Below are positions 12,501 to 24,100 of a DNA stretch of 64,000 bases, piece after piece. Location: the NCBI GenBank assembly GCA_002633005.1, contig NMRA01000004.1, positions 935,793 to 999,792 of the forward strand, given 5' to 3'. A program made the position numbers and the translations under genes. The notes under the pieces were generated by a model. It was given only the letters and a program-made list of their open reading frames with translations. It did not search any database and was not told the origin of the DNA. Within the stretch, counting starts at the first letter, position 1; every line of letters begins with the position of its first letter. Source of the stretch: Phoronis australis (taxonomy: Eukaryota > Animalia > Phoronida).

Positions 12501-14847
12501 AACTAGGAGAGTTCTGCTGATTGACAATTGCCCCAATGAAACTTCACTTCAACTGAAGTTTTCTTCTGACCAAATGACTGCATTTGACATGCACACTTGA
12601 GGTCTAGTAGAATATTATATGAAAGCAATTAAGGCACTTTCAGCACCAAAAAATACACGCCTTAATACTGTTAACTTTAAAAAGTAATAAAGAATAGATT
12701 TTTGTTGGTCAGTGTTGATGTTATGTCTCACTAAAAAAGCATTTTTAGTTAAGTAACGCATTTTCCAGTCATTTTCAGCATGCAAAAATCAGTGTCTGCA
12801 GTTTTCAAAATGATTATATTGACAAAAATAATGTTGTGATTAAAACATATTCATGGTTTAATGACTCTTTTTTAAGTGGAGGGTTTTAATAAAATTTTCT
12901 CATCCAAAATGGGTTTAAGGTCGTTACAATGATAGTTTTAATGACTATCAGGCTCATGCTATTGGATTTATTCCAAAAGACAATGGCAAACATAGATTTC
13001 ATTTCGTGATCTGGGACTTTCATGAGGACCCCTCATGTGACGTGGCGTTAAGCTAAGCGTCGAGCGCCGAAATACTTGATCAGGTGTATTGTTCATATCT
13101 TATCATTGTGCATCATTAATTACTTTCTTGTGCTGCGTGGGTAAATCGTCTCCACTTTCATGCGTCCATTGAGTGATACTGATAGCATTGTGCCATTGGC
13201 GCACTAAAATGAACAAACTGGATACCAAGATGAGGAGATCACCTGGAAATATTTTTATGCTTTATTGATATATGGTTAAAACCGAGCTGAGGAGCTAGAA
13301 ACCTGGCTCAAGGGCTTAGCAGTGTGACCTGGTGGGACTTGAACACACGACCTCGAGTAAAGAAAGCGGGCACTTATCAACCAGGCCACACTGCCTCCTA
13401 ATGGCCGGTGAATAGGTTTTACAGACTATTATAACTGTAGTAGTAGTACACGTAGTGTACCTAATTATGGGATGGACCTTAAATATCGGACATTACATCA
13501 AATTCTGCTTGAAGCATAATCTGAGAAATATATGACACCAATTTTTGTTCTGCTGTAATGCATTCAATGTCCGGCACTGTCTCGTTTTTTATAGCATTCC
13601 CTCGTTTTTATTTCACCTAGAGAGGGTGCAATTTAGACCCCCAAGTCAGCCTAAAAATGGACGATCGCATAAATAGGTTATAAAAGTTAAATACAATATC
13701 ATTTTCCAAAATGAAGTCACCTAAATGAAGTGACAAACTGACAATACGTCACTGCTTTATTTTTTCATTTGTTTCTCGAGTCAAACCTCGGCCGTTCACG
13801 TGCTCGTGTCATATCAACTAGAAGGCAAAGAGATACTTAAACACTACAGTGAGGTTGTACGTGCTTTAGTTGTCTGCACTGATTCATCGGTCGAGACAAC
13901 TTGGTGATGTCATCAGATGACATTTTATGGATTATTTTTGTTGCGAACGGAGCTGTGTTCTAGCAGCAAATATATCAAAACACTCCAGCTGCAATACGGC
14001 GACAAGGTGCAAGCGGCCATTACTTGGTTAGACAGTTTTCCGCGGTATGGCGTATGCGGAAACATGTTGTCCCAGATTTAGTTTCTCCGAAGGTTTGCTA
14101 GTTGTGTTTTTTAATGATCAGTCAGAACAAAAATGTGACTTGCGGTGACAAGATATAGTAACTGAACTATTCCGTAAAGGTTTAGTCTTTACTTCAGTAA
14201 AGGATTAACAACAATCCGTAGTAAAATGTGCCAAAAGTAAACGTCCGATAATTACTCCTAGACGAAAGTCTGTTGTGCGTGAACTTGGAATTTTGCGGAA
14301 TCTCAAGATTGCGTATGCATGAACTTGGAATACAGTAAACTACTAACATTCACGTCAATGAGATAAATATAGCTCACTGGTTGACTTTGATAAAAATGCG
14401 CACTAAACTAAATCAAATTACATTTTATTCAAAATAACGTAAATTTTAACCAATCAACATTCAACAATCTTTTTTCAAATATTGGCGATTTTATGCACCA
14501 AACAATATTATTGTCAATAATTGATTTATTTATATTCCTCAAATTCTTTGACACGAGTAACGATAAAGGAGAAATGGGTGATACTGAGGCCACTAATTAC
14601 AAATATTCTTTACATTGAATAAAAAAGTTCACCTGATTGCCGCAATGAATACTCAATTCCAAGTTCACGCATACGCGATATCTTGAGATAATGGGGATTC
14701 CAAGTTCACGCATGTGGCAAGCCGAGCTGAACTAGTTTATTTATATAATCCCTTTAAATCTCTTACTTCAATAATCTTTTCTTTCTTTTTCTGTTCAGTC
14801 TTCTTACTTGCGGCATCCGCTCCTTTCTTTGCAGGTTTTGGAGGCAT
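3127..14847 (-). CDS. ZC3H15: Zinc finger CCCH domain-containing protein 15 (DFRP1/TMA46 family), complete 12-exon gene, 425 aa
   Basis: Exons 14767-14847, 12270-12371, 11766-11871, 10701-10838, 9962-10053, 8828-8930, 7959-8035, 7446-7514, 6431-6508, 5917-6021, 3992-4115, 3127-3329. All are GT-AG with consistent phases and sum to 1278 nt. Motifs: [23 protein letters not shown], two CCCH fingers, [10 protein letters not shown], acidic C-terminus [12 protein letters not shown]. Confidence 0.95.
3590..3790 (+). mobile_element. Decayed Penelope-like GIY-YIG C-terminal remnant (a different, older family)
   Basis: Frameshifted translation [41 protein letters not shown] resembles the PLE H.IDW...MNRD.G..L...YD tail. 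Confidence 0.55.
3992..4115 (-). CDS. ZC3H15: ZC3H15 exon 11
   Basis: [41 protein letters not shown]; its phase links exon 10 to exon 12. Confidence 0.85.
4983..5273. other. Assembly gap (N run)
   Basis: N bases adjoining the 67-bp array. Confidence 0.99.
5274..5901. repeat. 67-bp minisatellite, about 9.4 identical copies visible, running into an N gap
   Basis: Unit GACAGCTGAGACAACTGAAGAAAGTATTACTCCTTTGATGTGTCATTAATACACAACAGGCTCTAGT. Confidence 0.97.
5917..6021 (-). CDS. ZC3H15: ZC3H15 exon 10
   Basis: [35 protein letters not shown]. Confidence 0.88.
6431..6508 (-). CDS. ZC3H15: ZC3H15 exon 9
   Basis: [26 protein letters not shown]. Confidence 0.9.
7446..7514 (-). CDS. ZC3H15: ZC3H15 exon 8
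   Basis: [23 protein letters not shown]. Confidence 0.92.
7959..8035 (-). CDS. ZC3H15: ZC3H15 exon 7
   Basis: [25 protein letters not shown]. Confidence 0.92.
8418..8500. repeat. ~25-bp tandem repeat, 3 copies
   Basis: ACAAAACCAAGTAGAGAGACATGTC units. Confidence 0.8.
8828..8930 (-). CDS. ZC3H15: ZC3H15 exon 6 (CCCH finger 2)
   Basis: [34 protein letters not shown](G). Confidence 0.94.
8972..9256. repeat. 18-bp minisatellite, about 16 degenerate copies
   Basis: Unit ACACATGGTGGCGTATAA. Confidence 0.93.
9487..9534. repeat. (CA)n microsatellite
   Basis: Read directly from the sequence. Confidence 0.97.
9666..9934. mobile_element. MITE, copy 2, in ZC3H15 intron 5
   Basis: Shares CAAAAGTATTCAGA, GTCTCCCCTG, AGAATGAAGGGGAATT and AATTAGAA blocks with 2198-2441. 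Confidence 0.55.
9962..10053 (-). CDS. ZC3H15: ZC3H15 exon 5
   Basis: [30 protein letters not shown]. Confidence 0.92.
10701..10838 (-). CDS. ZC3H15: ZC3H15 exon 4 (CCCH finger 1)
   Basis: [45 protein letters not shown]. Confidence 0.93.
10975..11255. repeat. Compound minisatellite; 29-bp and 22-bp subunits form a 51-bp higher-order unit
   Basis: TGACATCATCAAAC core alternating with AGAGGGTATGACTGT and CAAGGGCA. Confidence 0.9.
11766..11871 (-). CDS. ZC3H15: ZC3H15 exon 3
   Basis: [35 protein letters not shown](G), TAG/GTAGG. Confidence 0.9.
12270..12371 (-). CDS. ZC3H15: ZC3H15 exon 2
   Basis: [39 protein letters not shown] bounded. Confidence 0.93.
13283..13398 (-). mobile_element. tRNA-derived SINE head
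   Basis: Minus strand GGAGGCAGTGTGGCCTGGTTGATAAG (A box) ... GTTCAAGTCCCACC (B box). Confidence 0.6.
14275..14713. mobile_element. MITE with doubled inverted termini in ZC3H15 intron 1
   Basis: TGCGTGAACTTGGAAT twice at left, mirrored by ATTCCAAGTTCACGCA twice at right. Confidence 0.65.
14767..14847 (-). CDS. ZC3H15: ZC3H15 exon 1
   Basis: [27 protein letters not shown] followed by a GTAAG donor. Confidence 0.93.
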
Positions 14848-15138
14848 TTCTGATTTTTAAGACAAAATTAAAATGAATCAAGTTACAAACTGTGACGAAA
14901 TGTCCAACATGGAGGACAAGTAGATTTAGTAGTTGATTTCAAAGTTTTGGGTAGTACTTGGCTTTACAGCTTACTCAATTCTGATTATTTGACAATTTGC
15001 ATAATAAGATACCAAAAGATGATAGAAACTCTAAAAATAATTTTATAATTGTAAACTGAACCGACTTTAGCTTGCTCTTAACAAAAGGAAACTATCTCTC
15101 CAGACAGCAGATTAACTTCCGTGAAAACTTTGGTGAAA
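14848..15138. promoter_or_regulatory. Putative bidirectional promoter and 5' UTR region of ZC3H15 and TSFM
   Basis: Only 291 bp separate the divergent ATGs (14847 minus, 15139 plus). Depends on the TSFM exon 1 call. Confidence 0.6.
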
Positions 15139-15169
15139 ATGTGGATGAAAGCGGCACTGAAAATTTCAG
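15139..15169 (+). CDS. TSFM: TSFM exon 1 (start of mitochondrial presequence)
   Basis: MWMKAALKIS(G) then a GTGATC donor. Phase 1 matches exon 2 (CAG|GT GTG CTG AGG), and the joined peptide is basic and acid-free. Confidence 0.65.
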
Positions 15170-18100
15170 GTGATCAATGGTCGCAATTTTGACCCATTGT
15201 TTAAGTCCCTTCCCGAAACATTTGTCACTGCGTTGTAGAAATTGCGTAGATCATCCGACACGGGACTCGAAACAACGACCCCGGTAAATTGGTAAAACGA
15301 GCAAGCGTGCTGACCTCCTCCCGCTCCGCATTCGTGATTTGAGAAGCTCGTCTTCAACAACTGGTGGCTAAGAATATTTATTTATTTATTTATGTAATAT
15401 TTACAATGAGGGTAGCCCCATCAGTTCACACTGCTTTCCATTGGCCCTTTCATGATTACTGAAAAGTGAAAATATGTAGCCAAGAACAGAACTGAGGCAG
15501 ATTCACTGAACAACAAACATAATACCATGTTTTAGACTTGACAGGCCCCAGTGCCAGGGAGATGGTGAAGTCCGGGGGTCACTCATATCAACAAAGTGTC
15601 CGCAGACGTGTATCAAAAACTTTGAGTAGACAGTATTTTTTCAGCAAGTTTTGCAGGACCTGCACGGGGTTCAATAGGCCCCTAAATATCCATTCCGTCC
15701 CTGCAAAAGTACCACTGCACCACGGGCGTCCTCAGCTTCTGATCGTCCCCAATATACTACATATAATACTACAAGTTATGACACTTCGGACTTGAAATTC
15801 CACGGGTGCTTCACTTCAGCCGTCCATAGCAAACATAAAACTCAATAAATTTACACAAAACAGGGGTTCAACAAACCATGAAGAATTGTTCTTTCTCCCA
15901 ATACCATTCACGGTGTCCTGTTAGGGCGACTTCGTAAGAAATTCGCAGTCAAAGAACAAAAATGTTCACAAAAAGCCCCCACACACGTCCTCCCTGGGCC
16001 CGTCGAGGTCAAGGACGGTACGGAAATTGCCGCTTTGTCGCGTAAAGTCACGATGTTGCTACTTCCGTAACTCACCGGCAATTTCCGTACCGTGTATTAG
16101 GGACGATCAGAAGCTGAGTACGCCTGTGCACTGCACTGGTAAAAGGCGTACTGATGGCCTTCGTAAAGAAAAATCTGTCCCGTAAAGGGGGTAGGAATTA
16201 GCAGGCTTGGCACCTGAATAGGGGTCTTTCAGTAATTTTTGGTACACTCCTGTGGACACCTTGTACTGTAGGAGCTTTGTGCACAGTAAGCTTTATTGCA
16301 AATTATGCCTCACACTGATTAAAACATCAAAGTCGCGTTGCTATAAGTACCTTTTGTGCATAGAGGGGCAACTTAGGGGGCCGTTGATGCCTTTAATATC
16401 TTCCAACTTGGACAAATACTCCTTGCAAAAACTTTTTTCGAGCACTCCGTTGTTCAGTTTGGGCAACTGGCCATTTTTACACTGCACGGTCCATAAGCAC
16501 GTGCAGCGTAAAAATGACCAGGTACCTATTTGGGCAACTGAACGAAGGACTGCTTGAAAAAAGTTTAATTAAAGGTAAGGGAGTATTTGTTCGAGTTGGA
16601 AGTAATGATAGAAATCGACTACCTTCTAAGGTGTCCTTTTATGTGCAAAAAGTACTAATAGCAATGTGATTTCACCGTCTCTACAGGGGCCAGTCGAAAC
16701 GGTGGCACTATCTAGTTATAGACTAGCCTTGGTGCAAAGCTGTGTACTTAATATACAACTTTGCGTGAATGTTGGTTAAAAAATGGCCAATTGAAATATG
16801 ACACAACATTAGTGTCATAAAAACTACACTCTTCCTTTAGTAAACTGAATTATTTACCAGTGTTAGAAAAATTGACTTTTTGCCGTAAAGTTGTGGAGCG
16901 GCTTTCAGCACCTTTAAAATAACATCACTTAAATTTCTTTTTTTCGTCGATTCTTCAATCAACTGTTCCTCATCCACGAGGTTGCGTACATGTCACCAGA
17001 AATTATCGGAACTGGTTTCATTTCGTTCAAGTTTTTAGTATTGTGGTACCAGCTAACTGAATTTCAGAACAAATTTTGTTGCTGCAAAGCTACCATTACT
17101 TCCCGAGAGATGTCCCAACAAATTAGGAATTGGCTCTTGTGGCTGTCAGGAGTCTACTGTATTCAAAATCACGATAGTCTAGGCTTTTCTTTGTTACAAT
17201 AGGCGGAGAATTATTCAAGAAAATGATATTTGTTAAATTCTTATCCATTTTTTGCCACGCAATGAGCAAGGTGAGTGTCGGTTGACTCGCAGATTTTGCA
17301 TGCATCCTTGCTGGTCGTTAATTATACGAAAAGTCATGTTGATAATTAGTTTCACAACAAGGTGACGAGCAGAACTATCCAGGCTGTGTGACATTTTGAG
17401 GTCTGTTGGAGCTAAATGCACTGTGGTTGCTGGCTTTATTTTCATGATAGTCCTCATACAGTTAGTTGGCTGGCTAGTTGCAGACGTGCTTCCAGTGAAT
17501 CATATGAGCCTCTGTTAGCCACTCGCTAACGGGCAATGGTCTATTAGCTGAATGGTTAGCATGCGTGTTGGTTTTATCGAGGTTGCTGGTTTGATTTCCA
17601 AGTCGTGTAATATCGGCCATTACTACAGTTATGTGGCCCCTTGATGTGGTAGCAAATGTGACCAGTATTGATGAACAGAATACAATCAACATATGTGATG
17701 GCACATCCTTATCAAGTCTATGGAAAGCTCTTTCAATCCTTTTAGAACATATCGCCCTCTAGTGTACATCATGATAAGTAAAAAGGACTTACTGCATGCC
17801 AAGAATTATACGATGACACTTGGCCTACCTCAAATTCCAACGCTCCCTGCTAGTTTGGTAATTGGCGCATTATGTTTGCACACTCCACGGAATTAATGAG
17901 GCAAAGAACAACGCGCAAGTTCTGGGCAACATACGGTTAAAATTCACAGACTAAAAGTCACATTTCTTGTCCAATTTTAAAAATTCAAAAACCAAACGAT
18001 GTCTACTTTTCATGAACGATATGCTATTTAAAAACTTTCAAATCGAAAATTTAAAAAGAAATCGTCACCCTCAGTGTGTTTATGGTGAATCTGGTTATCT

Positions 18101-21100
18101 AAGAACTATAACATCAGCAGCTTGAGACAATTTAATTATTTTATTAACCACAACATTATGAGGGCTTTGATCCAAACCGGCAATTCCTGAGGTAGGCGAA
18201 CCAGTCGAGTTGCTCAATCTCGATGGACTTGGGTGTCAACATAGGATTCTTGTCATGTGGGCATCCCATTAGTGAGCAACATAGAATCGGTGGAAGTCTT
18301 GTGAAGTTCACATCTCGCCACTTGCTTATGTACCCATTGACTGTTGCTTTACCATTGATTGGGATCATTCTTAAGTCTGACCCTGATGAAAGGTCAAAAC
18401 AGTAGATACTCATGCTCGTCATGTAGTGTTATAGTGTTCATACTGCAAACATCCCCAGAGCACGTGGCAAATACTCCACCAGCAATTCGAATAGTCCTTC
18501 TTTCTGTTAACGACATTGAAGACCGAACACCATTACACCCAATGTGCCCAAGACCACACAGAAACGTTCATAGAGTTGTCACCTGATAGCCATGCCGAGA
18601 GGAGGTAGCATAGATGTAGGTCCTATCTATAGTTAAACCAGACTTGCACAAATGGGAGCTAGATATATGCAGAGACTATATCAATGACAACGTGAATTGT
18701 GAATATAAATCGAAGCATTATTTTGAGCAAGTGGTGAAATGTGAAAAGGCTTCTGACCATGCTGGCCCCAATGTGGCAATAGAAGTTAAGCCTATTGTAG
18801 TAGGAATAGTGGCTTCCTGCCTATTGTTTGGTTACTGTGATTGCACAAAGGAAAATTGCTCTCTTGAGGTAGAGACATGCAGGAAGACGGCAAGATGTCA
18901 ACTATGATTTTCTTCTGCATGGAAAAATGGCCACACAAAATTTGAGGAGGCCACATTGACAGTTTGCCACCATGCTGTCTCGAACCTCAGTGAGCAAGAT
19001 GGCAGACTGTCTCAATGATCCTGATTTGATATTGTCTTGTGCGAAGATGAAGGATGACTTTGAAGTGTCCTCTGGGACAGGTGAGGGGAAGCTGCTGATG
19101 GAAAAGATTGGGTAAGGTACTTCCAAAAGCTGACCTCACCAATGGACAACCCAGAATTTGAGGACAGAATTAACACAATCTAGACAGGGGATTGATCGAA
19201 TGGTTCCAAGTAGCCATGTTTGACAATTGCTGACTTAAGTAACAAGGCTGTGAACTCTTGGCTTAACCATCCAACACTAAAGATATCCGGAAATACCTTA
19301 CACCCTTACGTCAACCTCAAAAAAGTGGTTTGCAAAGTAGTCACGTAACAAAATATCCAACAGGTCCCCAAGACGGACATTCCACCAGAGACAGTATACC
19401 AACAGGAAGTGAGAAAAACTTAGCAGTTGACACCAAATCTAGAGACCACCGACTTATCACTGTTACGTACATTGTTCAAAGTTGTCGAAAAACTTATGAA
19501 AAAGTAGTATTATGCTGTGGTGTGATCTGGTCTTCAATTTTTTTTGCAAAACTTAAAAGGAAGACTCTCATCCATTGCATCACTGTTGCTGCGCTGATGA
19601 CGTAACTGTTTTATGAATCTAGGACCCTAAGCACACCACTGCATTCCAATAAGGCTCTTGGTCCAGGCCCCCATCACTGGCTACTAAAGAAAATCCAACT
19701 ACCATTGTCGAATAGAAAGGTTTCATGTCCCAAAAAGCTTTCCAGTTGTGACAGGATGTGCATCATGGAGGTGGTCTATTGGCCCTTCATTACAAGCTAT
19801 ACGTCGATCCTCTTTTTCTGCAGAATTTGGAACTTTTAAACGTCATTTAAGTATGCACAGGAGACACCCCTTTGCAAAACTTGTTTTCTGTGGTCATTGT
19901 GTGAGATTGGATGTCCTTACACTCTTTACTGCGTGGCAGAAAATTCAGTACATAAGTGACACTTTCTGAAGGTCATTAATAGTTACTTATTGATTGTCAT
20001 TTGCAGGTGTGCTGAGGACAGGCGTTACTCAGTTTCATACTTGTCCTGCCAAGCTGAGTGCCGTCAATAAAGGCCANTTTTAAATTTGGTTTATAATCGA
20101 TCATGACCCCCTCCTAAATGCATTTCATGTTCTACTTTTGAAAAACCTCATTTAGTCTTCCGTTAATTAGCCATTGAAATTACACGTCAGCGTGTAAGAT
20201 TACGCATCTGCACGTAATATCGAGCAGTCATGTATGATGAAAAAAATCACCCGTGCAACTAAGGGCTATCAGCGTGCAACATTAGGCATCTGTACCTAAT
20301 ATCAAACGGTCATGCATAGTATGAAGATGACAAAAATCGACAGTGTGATCAACGCCTATATAAAGGTCCGAGCTCAACTTCAACCGACCGCAATATTACG
20401 CGACCGTAATATTACGCAAGAAACCTCTACCGACTGTGCATGTCACAGCCAATATTGTAATGGACATGTTTTATATTCTGATATTAGATTTTAGTACATG
20501 TAAGATGATGGCAAAATTTAAAGCTCCCATTTGAACGAATAGTTGAATGATTGTTTGAGACACGAAAGCCTGTGCAAAGTTGAATGTAAGGGGATTGGAA
20601 GCACATAAGCTCCCGATGGGAACTGAATTACCAAAAGTTTGCATTCAGTTTTCACAAAAGATGGGTTTAAATCCTTCGTCAAGCATCTTGTGGTTTAACC
20701 CTGTGATATGTACGTGAAGTATATTTGTATACCATAACACAGTCAGGAATCGCCAGTGCAAGCCCTATCTAAGCTACCGCGCGTAATATCAAGCGACCGT
20801 AATATTACGCCACGCTTCGTCTTATAAACTACAAACAACATGCTGTCAAGCATTAATTCTAATACAGCAAAATTCGAATAAATATCATTAGAATACCAAG
20901 TCATCATAACATAAACTTAGTTCATGGATGATGTTACGCGTCAGGCACAAGACTACTTAAAATGCTTAATATTACACATCAGCGCGTAAGATTACGCATC
21001 CTCACGTATTATCAAGCAGTCATGTATGTTTTGCCCGTGCGACTAAGGGCTGTCAGCGTGCAACATTACGAATCTGTACCTAATATCAAACGGTCATGCA

Positions 21101-24100
21101 TAATATGAAGATGACAAAAATTGCCGGTGTGAACAACGCCTCAACATCTAAGCTACCGCGCGTAATATCAAGCGGCCGTAATATTACGCCACGCTTCCTC
21201 TTATAAACTACAAGCAACATGCTACCAATGCAGCATTGGTATTACAAGAAAATTCGAATAAATGTCATCAGAAATCCCAAGTCACCATAACAAAACTTCG
21301 TTCATGGATGATGTTACACGTCTGGGATACGTAATGAAAAAAAATCGCCTGGTGGCGTGCAACTGAGGTATATGAGCGTGTAACCTTAGAGACACACACG
21401 TACGTAATATCCAGCATTTATGCGTAATATCATATATGATGAAAAAATTGCCCGTGCAACTAAGACCTATACAAGTACCCCTGCCTAAATCAAACGACCA
21501 TAATATTACGCAAAAAGCTCCGTACCGAGTGATGGTTTACTGAGCATGCTGCAGCCAAGAGTAATGGGCAAATTTTAGCTTCTGCAATAGGTTTTAGTAC
21601 ATTTAAGTTGGTGGCAAAGCATACAGCTCACATTTGAAGTTTAATAGTTGAACGGTTGTTTGACACGGACACCGCCGCAAAGTTTGACTTGAGCAGGTTG
21701 GAATCATATTCGCTATCGCTGGGAACGGAATTACAAAAAATATGAGCTAAAACTCTGTCTCAGCTACCTCGTGGGTTGACTGTTTGACAATTATCTACTG
21801 AACTGCGTCTGTATACGATCGCTCAAGAGGAATCGCCCATACGAGTCTGTGAACGCCCGTGCGTAATATCAAGCGACCGTAATATTACGCTACAAACTTT
21901 CACCAAAGTATGGAAAAACTGAGTCACTGTGCATTGTGCAGCCAGAAGTAATGGCCATATTTTAACTTCTGATATTAGGTTTTAGTACCTTCAAGTTGAT
22001 GGCAGACGCAAAGTCCACACTTGCCCATTTTAATAGTCGGACACGCACTTGTGCCAGACAAGGACCCCTGGAAGGATCAAAAAGTGAGACAGCTTGTTTA
22101 TTGAAGTTAGCCTTCACAAACGCCGGACAGAGAAAATCACCTGAGAGGAGTGTATCTAAGCACCCGCGCGTAATATAAAGCGACCCTAATATCAGGCATC
22201 GGAGCACGACAGAAGGTTCAAAAGAGTGAAACAATAATACAGCGTGTTTACTAGAGCTAGCCTTCGAATCGCGACATTTTAAGCCACAGGCGTTCAATCA
22301 TTTGAGCTTCGCCAGAATTTAACCCTTACCCCGCTTCCGCCATCATATGGTATATATTTAGGCTAAGCTGTTGTGACCCTTGGTGTCTCAACTGTACATC
22401 CTTCGGAGCTAGAACATGTTTTAACATAACATGACAAAACCAACAAAACATAACATCAAAAAAAAACTTCCAACAAATCGTCTTATAAACTACAAGCAAC
22501 ATACTGTCAAGCGCTAGCGTTACCACAAAATTCGAAAAAATGCGGCATTTCAGATATCCCAAGTCACCAAAACGGCAAATTTCATTCTTACTTGATATTA
22601 CACATCAGATGTGTAAGATTACGCAAAAATGCGTAAGATTACACATCGGTGTGTAATATTACGTACCCATGCGTAATATCAAGCAGTCGTGCGTAATATT
22701 ACAAATGACTAGCGTAATGTTACGCATTCCTTGTGCGTAATATTACGAAAGCAAATTTCAATGGCTAATTAACAAAAGACTAAATGAGGTTTTTCAAAAG
22801 TAGGACATGAAATGCATTTAGGAGGGGGTCATGATCGATTATAAACCAAATTTAAAAACAAAATGTTGATATTTATCTGAAATGTAATATTACATTTCAG
22901 TTTGGGACAAAATGGGAAAGTCCCTTTTTAAATGGGAAGCGCTTTTGTCCAATTTTAAAAATTCAAAAACCAAACGATGTCTACTTTTCATGAACGATAT
23001 GCTATTTAAAAACTTTCAAATCGAAAAAAATTTAAAAAGAAATCGTCGCCCTCAGTGTGTTTATGGTGAATCTGATTATCTAAGAACTATAACATCAGCA
23101 GTTTGAGACAATTTAATTATTTTATTAACCACAACATTATGAGGGCTTTGATCCAAACCGGCAATTCCTGAGGTAGGCGAACCAGTCGAGTTGCTCAATG
23201 CTCAATCTCGATGGACTTTGGTGTCAATGTAGGATTCTTGTCATGTGTGCATCCCATTAGTGAGCAGCATAGAATCGGTGGAAGTCTTGTGAAGTTCACA
23301 ATCTCACCACATGCTTATGTACCCATTGACTGTTGCTTTACCATTGATTGGGATCATTCTTAAGTCTGACCCTGATGAAAGGTCAAAACAGCAGATACTC
23401 ATGCTCGTCATGTAGTGTTATAGTGTTCATACTGCAAACATCCCCAGAGCACGTGGCAAATACTCCACCAGCAATTCGAATAGTCCTTCTTTCCGTTAAC
23501 GACATTGAAGACCGAACACCATTACACCCAATGTGCCCAAGACCACACAGAAACGTTCATAGAGTTGTCACCCCTCTGATAGCCATGCCGAGAGGAGGTA
23601 GCATAGATGTAGGTCCTATCTATAGTTAAACCAGACTTGCACAAATGGGAGCCAAATATATGCAGAGACTATATCAATGACAACATGAATTGTGAATATA
23701 AATCGAAGCATTTATGTTGGGCAATTGGTGAAATGTGAAAAGGCTTCTGACCATGCTGGCCCTAATGTGGCAACAGAAATTAAGCCTATTGTAGAAGGAA
23801 TAGTGGCTTCCTGCCTATTGTGTGGTTACTGTGATTGCACAAAGGAAAATTGCTCTCTTGAGGTAGAGACATGCAGGAAGATGGCAAGATGTCAAGTATG
23901 ATTTTCTTCTGCATGGAAAAATGGCCACACAAAATTTGAGGAGGCCACATTGACAGTTTGCCACCATGCCGTCTCGAACCTCAGTGAGCAAGATAGCAGA
24001 CTGTCACAATCATCCTGATTTGATATTGTCTTGTGCGAAGATGAAGGATGACTTTGAAGTGTCATCTGGGACAGGTGAGGGGAAGCTGGTGATGGAAAAG

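Noticed and set aside
18156-19126. Duplicated ORFs read as a novel conserved gene
   Set aside because: The similarity reflects the segment duplication, indels break the frames, and residual coding signal fits a decayed LINE.
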